A DNA stretch of 64,000 nucleotides, taken from the NCBI GenBank assembly GCA_965261085.1, contig OZ253442.1:4203821-4267820 (forward strand). The letters run 5' to 3'. Shown here in pieces: positions 31,478-42,434 of this stretch; within the stretch, counting starts at the first letter, position 1, and the number at the start of each line of letters is the position of its first letter. The position numbers and the translations under genes are program-made. The DNA comes from a bacterium (GTDB lineage Bacteria > UBA8248). Under the pieces are notes generated by a model. The model was not told the origin of the DNA. It ran no database searches and worked only from the letters and a program-made list of their open reading frames with translations.

Positions 31478-33187
31478 TTACGGCATGATAATGACGGGAG
31501 AATCTTCCGAATCAGTACTTTTTAAAGCCCCATCACCTTCGACATCTTCTTGTTGCATTTCCCCTCCCTCGCCCTGAGATTCCCGGACTTGGCGAATAAT
31601 TCGCTCAAACATCACATTGATGGAATACTGAACCATTTCAAGGAATAGTGACGTGGGTTCATCCGTATTCGTCCGCACTTCATCCGCTAGCGTCACGCAT
31701 TCACGGGCCATCGTTTCATCGCCCGCTTGATGAAAAATATATCCATTGTCTTCTAACTGGCCCGCGATACGCTCTCGCAATTCCTTGTCTTGAAAAATTT
31801 CTTTCGCTCCATTTTCCACTACCTGCAGAAGACGTTCTTTTTTCTGTCTTTCATCCATCGCCACTTGACTTTCCATAGACTGCAAAAACTCCTGAAAATA
31901 TGGCGCCACGCGCTCTTCATCCATCACCCAACTCCAAAAAGGTCGATGGGCGAACATGGCGCGCATCTCTACTCTCTCATCGCCTTGTACAAGAGAATTC
32001 ACCATTGCACGGACAGGGTGTTGTCCTTCCACGGGAAATACATCACCTTCCGCCAAGGAGTCGAGCATGAGTTTCGCGTGTGTAAAGCCACGGGGAAGCG
32101 GCGTTTCTCCCGCTTCATTTTCACGCTGACTGCGTTCAAGTAGCCAAATAGCATATCCGATAGGCACTTCCTGTGACGCCAAGGTGGGTATTTCTGAAAT
32201 TCGACGGAAAACATCGCGCAACTCTTTGGCGCTCATTTCCGCATCCGTGAATTCAACGATGCCTCGTCCCCGATGCAAACGCGCTTGTACAAGATACCTT
32301 CCACGTGGAACCCTGGAACGAGCAAGCCACAAAAGCATCTGCCCACGCCCGTCTACGGCGCTGACCACCGCATGAACATAGTCAGGATAATTAGTTCGTT
32401 GGGTGGTGCGAATACCCGTATCAGACAATTTTTCAATTTCTACGCCTTTGTTTTTCAACCGAAATATCGCTTTCCGAATTCGTGACAACGTGTCTTTGTC
32501 TTTGGTGGATTCCGAGAGCTTTTGAAGCGCAGTCGCGGCATCTTGCGTACCCATGTTTGCTAGAAGCTGAATGAAATATGAAGGTGGTAATGTTCCTTCT
32601 CGGACCATCGCTTCAGCCAGCACAAGCGGGCGTTTCTCTGAAACGTCAGCCGTGTTCTCGAAGCCATCACGCAATATCACTTCCTGTAAAAAAGAAGGCA
32701 GGTTTTTCAATAACGATACTATGGATATCGCGGAATCAACCGTGAGAAGCTTATTTTCCCTTAATTGATCAGAAATTCCCCGGGCTTGACTTAACATTTC
32801 CCCATCGAAACCAGTCGGCAATTCTACTTTCGCATCCAGCGTCCGAAGAGTATCGAAAAGCGCGGTGAGTCCTGATATCGACCAACGCATCGTCCGAATA
32901 AGAGCAACAAGTTTTGAAACGACGGATGGATCGCCCAACTCGCGTAGGGCGAGAAGCGTGGGGATACGACCCTCTGGTGTAGTGGAAGATAAATGGCTCA
33001 ATACACCGGCGATCCCAACCTCACCCATTTCCCTGATTTCATCTAAAAGAGGCGCAGGCGCCATGGCGCCCGGCGGAGCTGGCACCGTGAACGACGCTTC
33101 AAGACCAGCCGCTATGGCGGCGGCCCGAATTAAATCATCTTTTAAAAAAGATTTTTTCGAGGCTTTTATCCTCGATTTCTTTGCCAA
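31478..33187 (-). CDS. Hypothetical protein with HEAT-like helical region (start uncertain; ORF is open to 33253)
   Basis: LALRELGDPSVV, RIRKAIFRLKNKG; TTG 8 nt after AGGAG. Confidence 0.65.
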   Translation of the reverse strand: MAKKSRIKASKKSFLKDDLIRAAAIAAGLEASFTVPAPPGAMAPAPLLDEIREMGEVGIAGVLSHLSSTTPEGRIPTLLALRELGDPSVVSKLVALIRTMRWSISGLTALFDTLRTLDAKVELPTGFDGEMLSQARGISDQLRENKLLTVDSAISIVSLLKNLPSFLQEVILRDGFENTADVSEKRPLVLAEAMVREGTLPPSYFIQLLANMGTQDAATALQKLSESTKDKDTLSRIRKAIFRLKNKGVEIEKLSDTGIRTTQRTNYPDYVHAVVSAVDGRGQMLLWLARSRVPRGRYLVQARLHRGRGIVEFTDAEMSAKELRDVFRRISEIPTLASQEVPIGYAIWLLERSQRENEAGETPLPRGFTHAKLMLDSLAEGDVFPVEGQHPVRAMVNSLVQGDERVEMRAMFAHRPFWSWVMDEERVAPYFQEFLQSMESQVAMDERQKKERLLQVVENGAKEIFQDKELRERIAGQLEDNGYIFHQAGDETMARECVTLADEVRTNTDEPTSLFLEMVQYSINVMFERIIRQVRESQGEGGEMQQEDVEGDGALKSTDSEDSPVIIMP

Positions 33188-33347
33188 AACCACTTCTCCT
33201 ATAGTATTCGTTTCAAAATTTACATCATCAGTGGGTGCAGCGCGTACTGTCAAGACGATACCGAGGCGTGAGTTCCCCTCTTTTCACTTTTGCCAATCAC
33301 AACATATACGTGACACAATCGTTTATATACTGGTCTTGGGAGATAAC

Positions 33348-34337
33348 GTGAACTTTCGATTTGCCCATTGCGGTGATTTCCATCTCGGCTATGACTTCGA
33401 CTACCTTCCTGCTCGCAAAGCTGCAGCGCGTCAAGCCGATCTTCGGGTAGCATTTTTCCGCTCCGTTCGCGAGACACTCAAATGGGGCGCACAGGTATTC
33501 CTCATCTCGGGCGATTTATTCGATACCCCTCACCCAAGTGATCGTGACATCGAAATCGTCTCAAAAAATCTCTCGCATTTATCCAAAAAAGGGGTACGTT
33601 GTTTCGCCATTCCTGGCAATCATGATCCGATGCACCCAAAATCCGTATGGAACCGATCCGAAATTGCCAGTCATATCCATCTTTTCCATGGGGACCCTAC
33701 CATTGAGTTAAGTCAAAAAAACATCGTTGACCTCAATCTTACGATTGCTGGAATCCCTTGGGACCCGAAAGATGTCTTCAAACCACCTTTGCAGGAAATA
33801 CTCACTCAGAAACTCCATTTGAACGATAGATCCATCTTACTCTTACATGGCTCAGAAGCCACCCTCGCTTCTGAACACCCCGCATTCAAGGAACATACGT
33901 TCCAAGCAGAAGATCTGAAGCGTCTGCCCTTTGGGTATGTGGCGATAGGCCATTACCATAAACCCATGGATGTCGCCCGGTGGAGTGGCGGCGGCGCATG
34001 CTACAGCGGTTCGCCTGAAGGGTTGCGCTTTAGCGAGCACAATCTAGGTGACCGCTCTATGATCTTAGGGGAAATGGATGATAGGGGTTCTCTTGTTCAG
34101 GTGAAGCGAAAATCCCTCAATGCACGCACTATGAGAACGCTCTCATATTCATCTGGTGATGGGACCACGGCAGACGACTGGTTTCGGGCTATTGATGATA
34201 TGAGAAATCCGGATACCCTTTTGCGGGTGCGGGTGCCCAAACAACAAGGCTACCAACAAAGGAGAGCGGAAGTTCTCTTAACCTCCCTATGTAGTGATTT
34301 TTTCTATCTGGACATCGTCTGGGAATCGCCCTCGTGA
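33348..34337 (+). CDS. SbcD/Mre11-like metallophosphoesterase
   Basis: DFHLG, GDLFD, GNHD, GHYH, YSGSPEG; GTG start after GGGAG. Confidence 0.85.
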   Translation: MNFRFAHCGDFHLGYDFDYLPARKAAARQADLRVAFFRSVRETLKWGAQVFLISGDLFDTPHPSDRDIEIVSKNLSHLSKKGVRCFAIPGNHDPMHPKSVWNRSEIASHIHLFHGDPTIELSQKNIVDLNLTIAGIPWDPKDVFKPPLQEILTQKLHLNDRSILLLHGSEATLASEHPAFKEHTFQAEDLKRLPFGYVAIGHYHKPMDVARWSGGGACYSGSPEGLRFSEHNLGDRSMILGEMDDRGSLVQVKRKSLNARTMRTLSYSSGDGTTADDWFRAIDDMRNPDTLLRVRVPKQQGYQQRRAEVLLTSLCSDFFYLDIVWESPS

Positions 34338-35122
34338 GCAAAAACATTTGGTGCGATGTCGCTTTTGCTCACCCGGAAATTCCTGTGCGACTTAAAGATG
34401 CGTATCAAGCACGTGGGGAAAACACACAAAATATTGTATGTGTCGTGATAGACATATTAAGGGCCACTTCGAACATCGCCGTAATTTTGGAGAATGGATG
34501 TCCTGCCATATATCCTTGCGCATCTCCTGAAAAAGCGTTTGAATTGGCCGAAAAGCTACGGCTCCGACATGGTTCCGAAAAAATACTCCTAGGCGGGGAG
34601 CAAGACGGCAAACCCATTGAGGGATTTGACGGAGGAAATTCTCCTCTTGAATACTCACGCTGGAGAATCAGCGGAAAAACTTTGATACTCTCCACTAGCA
34701 ACGGAACCAAAACACTCTCCGCCGTAAAGAGTTGCGGGGAAATTTTCACTGCCGCTTTCGTGAATATTACCGCAATTGCCCGACGCGTAACGTCCATACT
34801 GCATAAAAACCCGAGCCAATCTCTTTTGATCGCCTGCTCGGGCCGCGAAGGAGGCTATTGCGAAGAAGATACAGTGGGGGCGGGAATCTTCTTGCATCTC
34901 TTGTCTGAAAGTTTAGATAGCCTGGAGTTCTCCGATACCGCTCGTGCAGCCCTCCAAGTCGCCAAAAGTGCTGAAAAAAACCTGGAAAAAATGCTTTTTG
35001 ATAGCTGCTGGGGAAAACACTTGTCCGTCTTAGGACTCGGAAATGACATATCCTTCTGTGCGCAGAAAGACATAACGAACATCGTTCCCAGACTAGATGA
35101 CGGGGTGATAAGGATTGCTTAA
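34334..35122 (+). CDS. comB: 2-phosphosulfolactate phosphatase family
   Basis: VIDILRATS, GNSP, STSNGT, EED. Confidence 0.85.
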   Translation: MSKNIWCDVAFAHPEIPVRLKDAYQARGENTQNIVCVVIDILRATSNIAVILENGCPAIYPCASPEKAFELAEKLRLRHGSEKILLGGEQDGKPIEGFDGGNSPLEYSRWRISGKTLILSTSNGTKTLSAVKSCGEIFTAAFVNITAIARRVTSILHKNPSQSLLIACSGREGGYCEEDTVGAGIFLHLLSESLDSLEFSDTARAALQVAKSAEKNLEKMLFDSCWGKHLSVLGLGNDISFCAQKDITNIVPRLDDGVIRIA

Positions 35123-35931
35123 GTTTCAAGCCCCTTTGGCAATATGCCTTCAACCAAAGCTTGTGCTTCCGGGGAATTCGCCCCAGGCTTCAGATGAAGA
35201 AAGAACTCCCGGTTTCCTTTTGCTCCCATAATCGTACTTAAAGCGATTCCTTGAGGGGCTAATTTCATTCGAAGACATTCATCCCAAATGCGAATGAGTA
35301 CTTCACGGTGAAGTGCGGGGTCGCGGACTATTCCTCCTTTCCCGACACGGCCTTTACCCACTTCGAACTGTGGTTTGATGAGAACGACTATCTCTCCACC
35401 TTCGCCTAGTAATTCATGAATCGGCCCGAGCACCTTCGTAACGGAAATGAATGAAACATCCATGACGCATAAACTTGGTCTTTCTTCTCCTGCCAGCATT
35501 CGAAAAGTCTCAAGTGTCAAATGCCTCGCGTTCACACCCTCCAAAAGGGTGACCCTAGGATCATTTCTCAATTTCCAGTCGATCAGACCTTTACCCACAT
35601 CTACCGACGTGACTCGGCGGGCGCCACGAGTGAGCAGCACATCGGTGAATCCGCCCGTCGATGCGCCGATATCCACGCAATTTCTCCCTTCCGGATGAAT
35701 AGAAAAAACATCCAGCGCGCCTGCGAGCTTTAGTCCCCCCCGGCTTACATAGGGACAAGCATCTTTTTTAAGGGTGATTGATGCGTCCAGCGGAAATGAA
35801 GAACCCGCCTTAGTGGCGGGTTTGCCGTCAACACTCACAAGGCCAGCTAAAATCAGACTGCGCGCACGTTCCCGGCTTGGGGCTAACGCACGTTCAACGA
35901 CTAATTTATCAAGCCTCTGTTTTCTTGCCAT
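35119..35931 (-). CDS. tlyA: TlyA-family RNA methyltransferase
   Basis: S4 domain, YVSRGGLKL, DIGASTGGF, KPQFE, GNREF. Confidence 0.95.
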   Translation of the reverse strand: MARKQRLDKLVVERALAPSRERARSLILAGLVSVDGKPATKAGSSFPLDASITLKKDACPYVSRGGLKLAGALDVFSIHPEGRNCVDIGASTGGFTDVLLTRGARRVTSVDVGKGLIDWKLRNDPRVTLLEGVNARHLTLETFRMLAGEERPSLCVMDVSFISVTKVLGPIHELLGEGGEIVVLIKPQFEVGKGRVGKGGIVRDPALHREVLIRIWDECLRMKLAPQGIALSTIMGAKGNREFFLHLKPGANSPEAQALVEGILPKGLET

Positions 35932-37843
35932 GGACCACTAAGTCGGCAGAATCAGGCTCGACTTTCATCAAATCACGAGCTGCTTGCGTAATTTCGCCTG
36001 ACGTGAGCCCACAATCCTCGCGCTGGAATTGAGGCGCCCCGTGCTCAATAAAACGGTCGGGAATACCCAAAACCGTTACGGAAACATCTCGCATGCCATG
36101 CGCCGCCAAAAGTTCCAAAACGCCGGCACCCATCCCGCCTATGCGCGTCCCTTCCTCGATAGTTACGACGCGCTTACATTGACTTGCGAGTTCTAAAACT
36201 TTCTCTTCATCCATCGGTTTGACAAAGCGAAGGTTCAAAACCGATGCCTGTATTCCGAGTTCCTCTAATTGCGCAGCGGACTCCATGGAGAGGCCCACCA
36301 TGGGACCCAAGGCAATGAGCGCCACATCATCACCGTCACGAAGCAGTTCCGCTTCTCCGACAGGAATCGTCTCGATATTTTCATCCATGGGGACTCCCTC
36401 ACCGGAACCACGCGCAAAGCGCAACGCAGCCGGCCCGGGATGTTCGATGGCTGTCAGAACCATTTTCTGAAGCTCATTTTCGTCTTTAGGCGACATGATA
36501 ATCATATTCGGCAAACACCGAAGATAAGCCAAGTCATAAGCACCCTGGTGAGTGGGCCCGTCATCACCCACAAGACCGGCTCGGTCCAGCGCAAAGGTGA
36601 CGGGCACATTCGTGAGGCAGACATCATGGATGATCTGATCGTAGGCGCGCTGTAAAAACGTACTGTAAATAGCGGCGACCGGCTTCATCCCCTCAAGCGC
36701 CAGCCCTGCAGCAAAAGTTACTGCATGTTGTTCACACATCCCTACGTCAAAGCAGCGATCAGGTAATATTTTTTGATAGTTCACTAGAGCCGTGCCCTCA
36801 AGCATGGCTGCCGAAATGGCCACTATCTTTTCATCTTTTTGGCTGAGTTTGATCATCGTATCGGTAAAAACTTTAGAATAGCCGGGAGGCCCAGGCGCTT
36901 TTTTGTGGAATTTACCGGATTCGGGGTCGAATTTCGTTACGCCGTGATAAGTGATGGGTTCTGCTTCACTATAGGGATACCCATGTCCTTTGCGGGTAAC
37001 GACGTGAACCAGATTGGGGCCATCTAAATTTTTCACATTTCTCAAAGTGGGAATCAGCAAGTCCAGCCTATGTCCATCAACCGGGCCGATATACCGAAAT
37101 CCCAACTCCTCGAACAAAATACCCGGCGCGATGATATTTTTCAGAGACTCCTCGATCCTGTCCATAAGCGTAACGGCATGGCTCCCCACCAAGGGAAGGT
37201 GACTGATTATTTTTTGTACTTCACCACGCACCTTACGCACCCGGTTCGCCCATTCGCCCGTCATGATTCGCGCCAGATATGAACACATGGCGCCAACATT
37301 ATGCGAAATGCCCATTTTATTGTCATTGAGAATAACGGTCAGGTTTCTCTTCGAATCACCGGCATTGTTGAGCCCTTCCATCGCCATGCCGGCCGTTAAA
37401 CTGCCGTCACCGATGACGGCGACGACCTGAAAATCCTCGCCCAGGAGATCTCGCGCCGTCGCCATACCCAGCGCAGCCGATATGGATGTGCCTCCATGCG
37501 CCACATTCAAGTGGTCATATTCGCTCTCACGCCTGTCCGGGAAACCAGCGATTCCTTCCCATTGTCTCAGCGTATGGAACTGATCCCGGCGTCCTGTGAG
37601 AATCTTATGCGTATAGGCCTGATGTCCAACATCCCAAATCAACTTGTCTTTCGGCGTATCGTAGAGATAGTGAAGCGCTACAATGAGTTCCGCAGCTCCT
37701 AAAGAGGCGCCCAGGTGCCCACCCGTATTCGATGTAACTTGAATGATCATGTCCCGAAGTTCATCCACAACTTGAGGAAGTTCGTCTTCCGGCAGTCGCC
37801 TCAAATCCGCCGGGCTATCAATGCGCTCGAGCAGTTCGCCCAT
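35909..37843 (-). CDS. dxs: 1-deoxy-D-xylulose-5-phosphate synthase
   Basis: GGHLGASLG, DVGHQ, GDG..N TPP motif, DRAGLVG.DG.TH. Confidence 0.97.
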   Translation of the reverse strand: MGELLERIDSPADLRRLPEDELPQVVDELRDMIIQVTSNTGGHLGASLGAAELIVALHYLYDTPKDKLIWDVGHQAYTHKILTGRRDQFHTLRQWEGIAGFPDRRESEYDHLNVAHGGTSISAALGMATARDLLGEDFQVVAVIGDGSLTAGMAMEGLNNAGDSKRNLTVILNDNKMGISHNVGAMCSYLARIMTGEWANRVRKVRGEVQKIISHLPLVGSHAVTLMDRIEESLKNIIAPGILFEELGFRYIGPVDGHRLDLLIPTLRNVKNLDGPNLVHVVTRKGHGYPYSEAEPITYHGVTKFDPESGKFHKKAPGPPGYSKVFTDTMIKLSQKDEKIVAISAAMLEGTALVNYQKILPDRCFDVGMCEQHAVTFAAGLALEGMKPVAAIYSTFLQRAYDQIIHDVCLTNVPVTFALDRAGLVGDDGPTHQGAYDLAYLRCLPNMIIMSPKDENELQKMVLTAIEHPGPAALRFARGSGEGVPMDENIETIPVGEAELLRDGDDVALIALGPMVGLSMESAAQLEELGIQASVLNLRFVKPMDEEKVLELASQCKRVVTIEEGTRIGGMGAGVLELLAAHGMRDVSVTVLGIPDRFIEHGAPQFQREDCGLTSGEITQAARDLMKVEPDSADLVVHGKKTEA

Positions 37844-37955
37844 ATCATCTCCCCCAGGGAAGTGATTTTAAAACTTATTTTGCACCATTACTCAAATGAC
37901 TCTGACTCTGGCATTCCACCTCTTTCAAAGGCTAACCAAGCACTATAGTCAATCA

Positions 37956-38873
37956 TCAAAACCTACGCAAGACAATAAAACGCGCTAAGGATTCCAGCTC
38001 AGGGGCTTGATTCGGGAAAATTTCAAGTGCTTGCAAAGCTTCCTCGCAAGTGGAGCGCGCCAGTTTTTTCGATGCTTCTATCCCGTATAAGGCGGGATAA
38101 GTCGCTTTGTTCAATCCCTCATCCGAACCCGTGGGCTTTCCCATGAGCGCTTCATCGCCTTCCACATCCAAAATGTCATCCACAATTTGGAACGCCAGCC
38201 CGATTTTCTCACCATACACACACAGCGCCCCCATCTGCGCTTCATCACCGCCGCCAAGGAGTCCTCCCAGGCAAACAGAAACTCTCAAAAGCGCTCCTGT
38301 CTTTCTCCTGTGGATTTCTTCTAGATGCGCCACATCGCTCACTCGGCCATCTGCCCTGATGTCCAAAAGCTGTCCCCCGACCATGCCCACAGCGCCTGAC
38401 GCCTCGGCGAGCATCCGAATCGCTTTTACATGACGCTCCGGCAAAATTTTTTCGCCCATTTCATCATTCGCCATCAATTCGAAAGCCAGAGTCTGCAATC
38501 CATCACCCCCGAGAATCGCTGCTGCCTCTCCATAAACCTTGTGGCTCGTAGGCATACCCCGTCTGAGATCATCATCATCCATAGCGGGCAAATCATCATG
38601 AATCAAAGAATAGGAATGAATACATTCGAGGGCGCACGCAGCGGGCAGAATCCATTCAGGGCTCCCACCTACAGCTTCACACCCGGCTACACAAAGCACG
38701 GGGCGCAAGCGCTTACCCCCTGCGAAAAGGCTATAGCGCATAATCTCGAAAATCTCAGGAGGCTCAGACGATTTTGGCACAAGACGATCGAGCTCTTCTT
38801 CCACACGTTTCGCCCAATCGTTCAGGTAAGCCGCCGCATCGATGCCACATGGAATCCCGGTTTCATTCATCAT
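37956..38873 (-). CDS. ispA: Farnesyl/geranylgeranyl diphosphate synthase
   Basis: GGKRLRP, DDLPAMD..RRG, FQIVDDILD. Confidence 0.93.
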   Translation of the reverse strand: MMNETGIPCGIDAAAYLNDWAKRVEEELDRLVPKSSEPPEIFEIMRYSLFAGGKRLRPVLCVAGCEAVGGSPEWILPAACALECIHSYSLIHDDLPAMDDDDLRRGMPTSHKVYGEAAAILGGDGLQTLAFELMANDEMGEKILPERHVKAIRMLAEASGAVGMVGGQLLDIRADGRVSDVAHLEEIHRRKTGALLRVSVCLGGLLGGGDEAQMGALCVYGEKIGLAFQIVDDILDVEGDEALMGKPTGSDEGLNKATYPALYGIEASKKLARSTCEEALQALEIFPNQAPELESLARFIVLRRF

Positions 38874-39126
38874 CTTCACCATCTTCAAATGGTTGCAATA
38901 AAAATGTTTCTTCCGACTCTCCCACGAGTTCCTCCACCCTTTTTTGCGCCGCGTTCAATTGCTCTCGACTATAGCGGAAGAGCTTCACACCCTCTTCATA
39001 TAGCGAAACGGCTTCTTCCAGAGAAGGCTCACCCCCATCGAGTTCCTCCACAATGGCTTCCAAACGCTCCAGCGCAGCTTCAAAGCTTTTTGGTTCCGGA
39101 TCGGGGGATTCATTTCCAGAATTCAT
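38863..39126 (-). CDS. xseB: Exodeoxyribonuclease VII small subunit
   Basis: SFEAALERLEAIV...LEEAVSLYEEG; lies between xseA and ispA. Confidence 0.92.
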   Translation of the reverse strand: MNSGNESPDPEPKSFEAALERLEAIVEELDGGEPSLEEAVSLYEEGVKLFRYSREQLNAAQKRVEELVGESEETFLLQPFEDGEDDE

Positions 39127-40523
39127 GGGCCCTCTCCTTCCGGGACGACTTGCTCTACTCGGCACAACAAGCAGCCCTCCGATAAACGAATCCGCACGGA
39201 TTCTTTTTCCTTCACATCACTGGCTTTTTTGAGCAAAGTGCCATCCGGGTCTTTCTGCACCAAACTATACCCCCGCGCCAAAACAGCGAGCGGCGATACT
39301 AATTCAAGGCGCCCAGCGGCGGTTTCGAGTACATCTCGCCTACGTTTCAGAAACAATCCACGCGCCGCGCGCAAACGCTTTACATTGCCCTCCAGCCTCG
39401 ATATAGAAACGTCGATTTTCTCTTTGGGCGATACCGCTCGTAGCTTAGGAGCTATTGTAGCCAAATACGCCCATCTCATTTGTTGTCGATGTCCGGCTTC
39501 TCTACCTAGACGCTCATAGAGGGCATCCACTCTCTGAGCTAATACCTCAAGCGGCGCCTCTGGTCTTCTGAAAGCAGGCTCCCTCAGTAATCGAGAGAAC
39601 CTGGCCTCTAGCGAAACTATTCGATCCTCCACTGTTCGGTGCATATTTTCAATAAAATTATTTATGTCTCGGGCAACACCCTGCCAGCCTCTGGCCACGC
39701 GCTCCGCCGCCGCCGTAGGTGTAAGCGCCGACTCATCGGCTGCCAGATCGCTAAGCGACGTATCGACCTCATGGCCTACCGCTGAAATGACCGGCGTCCG
39801 GCATCCGGCGACCGCCCGAACCACTTCCTCTTCGTTGAACGCCCACAAATCCTCCCGGCTTCCTCCGCCGCGGCCCATGATGATGAGATCTACGGGACAT
39901 TTCATATTTGCGAGGCTTTGGTCCACTTTTTGTATCGCCCCCGCGATAGAAGACGCGGCTTTTTCTCCTTGCACCGGTGTGTGAACGATGACGAGTTCTA
40001 CAATCGGCGCGCGCTCTTTGAAAACCCGCAACATGTCCTGGAGGGCCGCGCTTTCTCTGCTCGTCACCAATGCCACGCGATGGGGGCGTTCAGGAATCTC
40101 TTTTTTGCGTTCAGGACTGAATAGTCCCTCTTTTTCCAATCGTTCATGCAATTGACGAAAAGCGACCTCTAGCGCACCTTCTCCCAGGGGCTCCATCGAA
40201 AGCGCCGACACCTGAAAGCGTCCGTCTTTCTCATAAAGTGTCACCCGGCAACGGACCATCACGCGCATACCTACTTCCGGCTCAAAGCGCAAAAACCGCC
40301 TGCGGCCCGAAAACATCACGGCACTTACCTTGGATGTAGCGTCTTTTAAATCGAAATAGGAATGTCCCGATGGATAGGTACGCCAGGAGAAAATTTCCCC
40401 CTCGACTAAAACCTCACCAAATTCATCTTCCAGCAATTCTCGCACACGCGCGTTGAGTTGTGAGACGGTAAGCACCGCTGGCGTTGCGCGAGGCGTATTG
40501 TCACCCAGGAGGTCGACGCTCAT
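39123..40523 (-). CDS. xseA: Exodeoxyribonuclease VII large subunit (ORF is open to 40568)
   Basis: SGHSYF, RGGGSREDLWAFN, AVGHEVD, LARGY. Confidence 0.95.
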   Translation of the reverse strand: MSVDLLGDNTPRATPAVLTVSQLNARVRELLEDEFGEVLVEGEIFSWRTYPSGHSYFDLKDATSKVSAVMFSGRRRFLRFEPEVGMRVMVRCRVTLYEKDGRFQVSALSMEPLGEGALEVAFRQLHERLEKEGLFSPERKKEIPERPHRVALVTSRESAALQDMLRVFKERAPIVELVIVHTPVQGEKAASSIAGAIQKVDQSLANMKCPVDLIIMGRGGGSREDLWAFNEEEVVRAVAGCRTPVISAVGHEVDTSLSDLAADESALTPTAAAERVARGWQGVARDINNFIENMHRTVEDRIVSLEARFSRLLREPAFRRPEAPLEVLAQRVDALYERLGREAGHRQQMRWAYLATIAPKLRAVSPKEKIDVSISRLEGNVKRLRAARGLFLKRRRDVLETAAGRLELVSPLAVLARGYSLVQKDPDGTLLKKASDVKEKESVRIRLSEGCLLCRVEQVVPEGEGP

Positions 40524-40557
40524 CCGAAAATCCTCATCAGTTCCGCGTCTTCTCTCC

Positions 40558-41415
40558 TTACGACTCAAAAGAATACGCGCGAACCGTGTTCATCATCAGC
40601 ATAGCGACCGTCATAGGCCCCACCCCGCCCGGCACCGGCGTGATGGCGGAAACCTTTTCGAGCAAAGGTTCAAAATCACAATCTCCGACCAATTCCCCGT
40701 CCACACGGTTAATACCAACGTCAACCACGGTCGCACCTTGCCGCACCATATCCGCCGTCAAGAATTTCGGCCTCCCCAAGGCAGCCACTACGACATCGGC
40801 TTCTCTGGTGATCATGGGAATATCGCGCGTGCGAGAATGACACACCGTCACCGTGGCATTCTCATGCAACATCAAAATGGACAACGGAAGTCCCACAATC
40901 TTACTGCGCCCGATGATGACGGCTTTTTCCCCTTCCAGGCCGATATCGTAAAACTTCAAAATCTCGAGCACACCGGCAGGCGTGCAGGGCTTGAGCGTAC
41001 CTTGCTTAAGCGCCAGTTTTCCAAAGTTTTCTGGATGAAAGACATCGGCGTCCTTTTGCGGGGATACCTTGCGCAACACTTCTTCTTCATTCAAATGTCC
41101 GGGAAGCGGCAACTGCACCAATATCCCATCCACTTTTTCATCATGGTTCAACTCTTCGATAAGCGAGACGATATCCTCTTGTCTCGTATCCTCAGCCAAG
41201 TGATGATCGAAAGTCTGGATGCCGAGTTTCTTGGCCGAACGGCCTTTGATGCGGACATATACCTGAGAGGCCGAATCCTCGCCCACGAGAACAACAGCGA
41301 GCCCCGGAGGCCTGCCCATCCGGGGAAGCAGGGCATCAATGGAGGCTTTCAGCTCCTCCATCACCTTATCCGCCACTGGTTTACCTTTGAGGAGTAAGGC
41401 TTGTGCCATTTTCAT
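40558..41415 (-). CDS. folD: Bifunctional methylene-THF dehydrogenase/cyclohydrolase
   Basis: YVRIK, PCTP, GRSKIVG, TPVPGGVGPMT. Confidence 0.97.
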   Translation of the reverse strand: MKMAQALLLKGKPVADKVMEELKASIDALLPRMGRPPGLAVVLVGEDSASQVYVRIKGRSAKKLGIQTFDHHLAEDTRQEDIVSLIEELNHDEKVDGILVQLPLPGHLNEEEVLRKVSPQKDADVFHPENFGKLALKQGTLKPCTPAGVLEILKFYDIGLEGEKAVIIGRSKIVGLPLSILMLHENATVTVCHSRTRDIPMITREADVVVAALGRPKFLTADMVRQGATVVDVGINRVDGELVGDCDFEPLLEKVSAITPVPGGVGPMTVAMLMMNTVRAYSFES

Positions 41416-41462
41416 CCTTTGTCATCGGGCGCGCAGAAGGCGGATTTTATCGAAATTGGCGG

Positions 41463-42434
41463 CTAAACCAAAATTTTTCCGGCCTGAATGATCATCTGAT
41501 CATCCGCCCACACGGTGGGGTTGTCGAAAATCATGTCGATGTGAAGCGGGGCTTCGATATTACCTCCGATACTCCCGCTATCACCCACTGCCATGTGGCA
41601 AGTGCCCCATGTCTTTTTCGCCTCCCGCATTGTCTCCCGAGGCCTACATGCCGGATTCGTGCCAATCGCGAATTCAGCCACGTTCTTCGCCAAATCTCCA
41701 TTTTCATCCAGTAATTTCCAGAATCGATCCGCGGCGGCGCTTCCCGTGATGGATACAACTTTACCGTCCTTAATTTCAAGACGCATGGGCTCGGTGACAA
41801 AACCCAAATCTTTTCTCTCGATAGAAAAAGGATTCACCATGACGCCATTCGATGTACCCTCCAAAGGACTCATGGCCGCTTCTCCATCGGGACATGCCGC
41901 GAATTCTCCGGATTTCCTGGCCACGCCGATGAGAGGGAAGCAAGTTCTCCCTTCCAGGGAAAAGTGCATGTCGCATCCATCCGGCGTCGTGAATCGGCCC
42001 GTTTTGGCTTCGGTGTATATGTCGGAAATTATTCGGGTGACCCGGGCGACTTCGTCGTAATCCGCCAAGGCGCCACCGGCGACCATCATATCCTCACGCC
42101 ATCCCCACATGTCCAGAACGCGCGCGCCCTGCCTGAGCGCGTTCCTCGCTGTCTCGGTATGAATCGTGGCGAAGCTGGTCTGGAGAATCACCACATCAGA
42201 GGCCGCCATTGCCGCCCCCACGTGAGGCAGCGGGTCGATCCCTCCATTCATATGGGGGGGCATGTGCATGATGGATAGCTTGGCGCCCGCAGCGCTCAAA
42301 GCATGCGCAAGTGCTTCCGAGACTGAGGCTGGACGATCCGAATCCGTTACGAGAAGCACCAGTTCGCCCTCTTTCACGTCAAGAACCCGCTCTACGATTC
42401 GCCTGGCGGTAGGCGCCATATTAAACTTTATCAT
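41463..42434 (-). CDS. Aminopeptidase T/M29-like (NicX-like) metalloprotein
   Basis: PDGEA, AEFAIGTN, EAKKTWGTCHMAVG, HIDMI. Confidence 0.75.
   Translation of the reverse strand: MIKFNMAPTARRIVERVLDVKEGELVLLVTDSDRPASVSEALAHALSAAGAKLSIMHMPPHMNGGIDPLPHVGAAMAASDVVILQTSFATIHTETARNALRQGARVLDMWGWREDMMVAGGALADYDEVARVTRIISDIYTEAKTGRFTTPDGCDMHFSLEGRTCFPLIGVARKSGEFAACPDGEAAMSPLEGTSNGVMVNPFSIERKDLGFVTEPMRLEIKDGKVVSITGSAAADRFWKLLDENGDLAKNVAEFAIGTNPACRPRETMREAKKTWGTCHMAVGDSGSIGGNIEAPLHIDMIFDNPTVWADDQMIIQAGKILV

Noticed and set aside
32865-33347. N-terminal extension of the SbcD-like ORF
   Set aside because: Overlaps the opposite-strand gene; homology and an RBS point to GTG 33348
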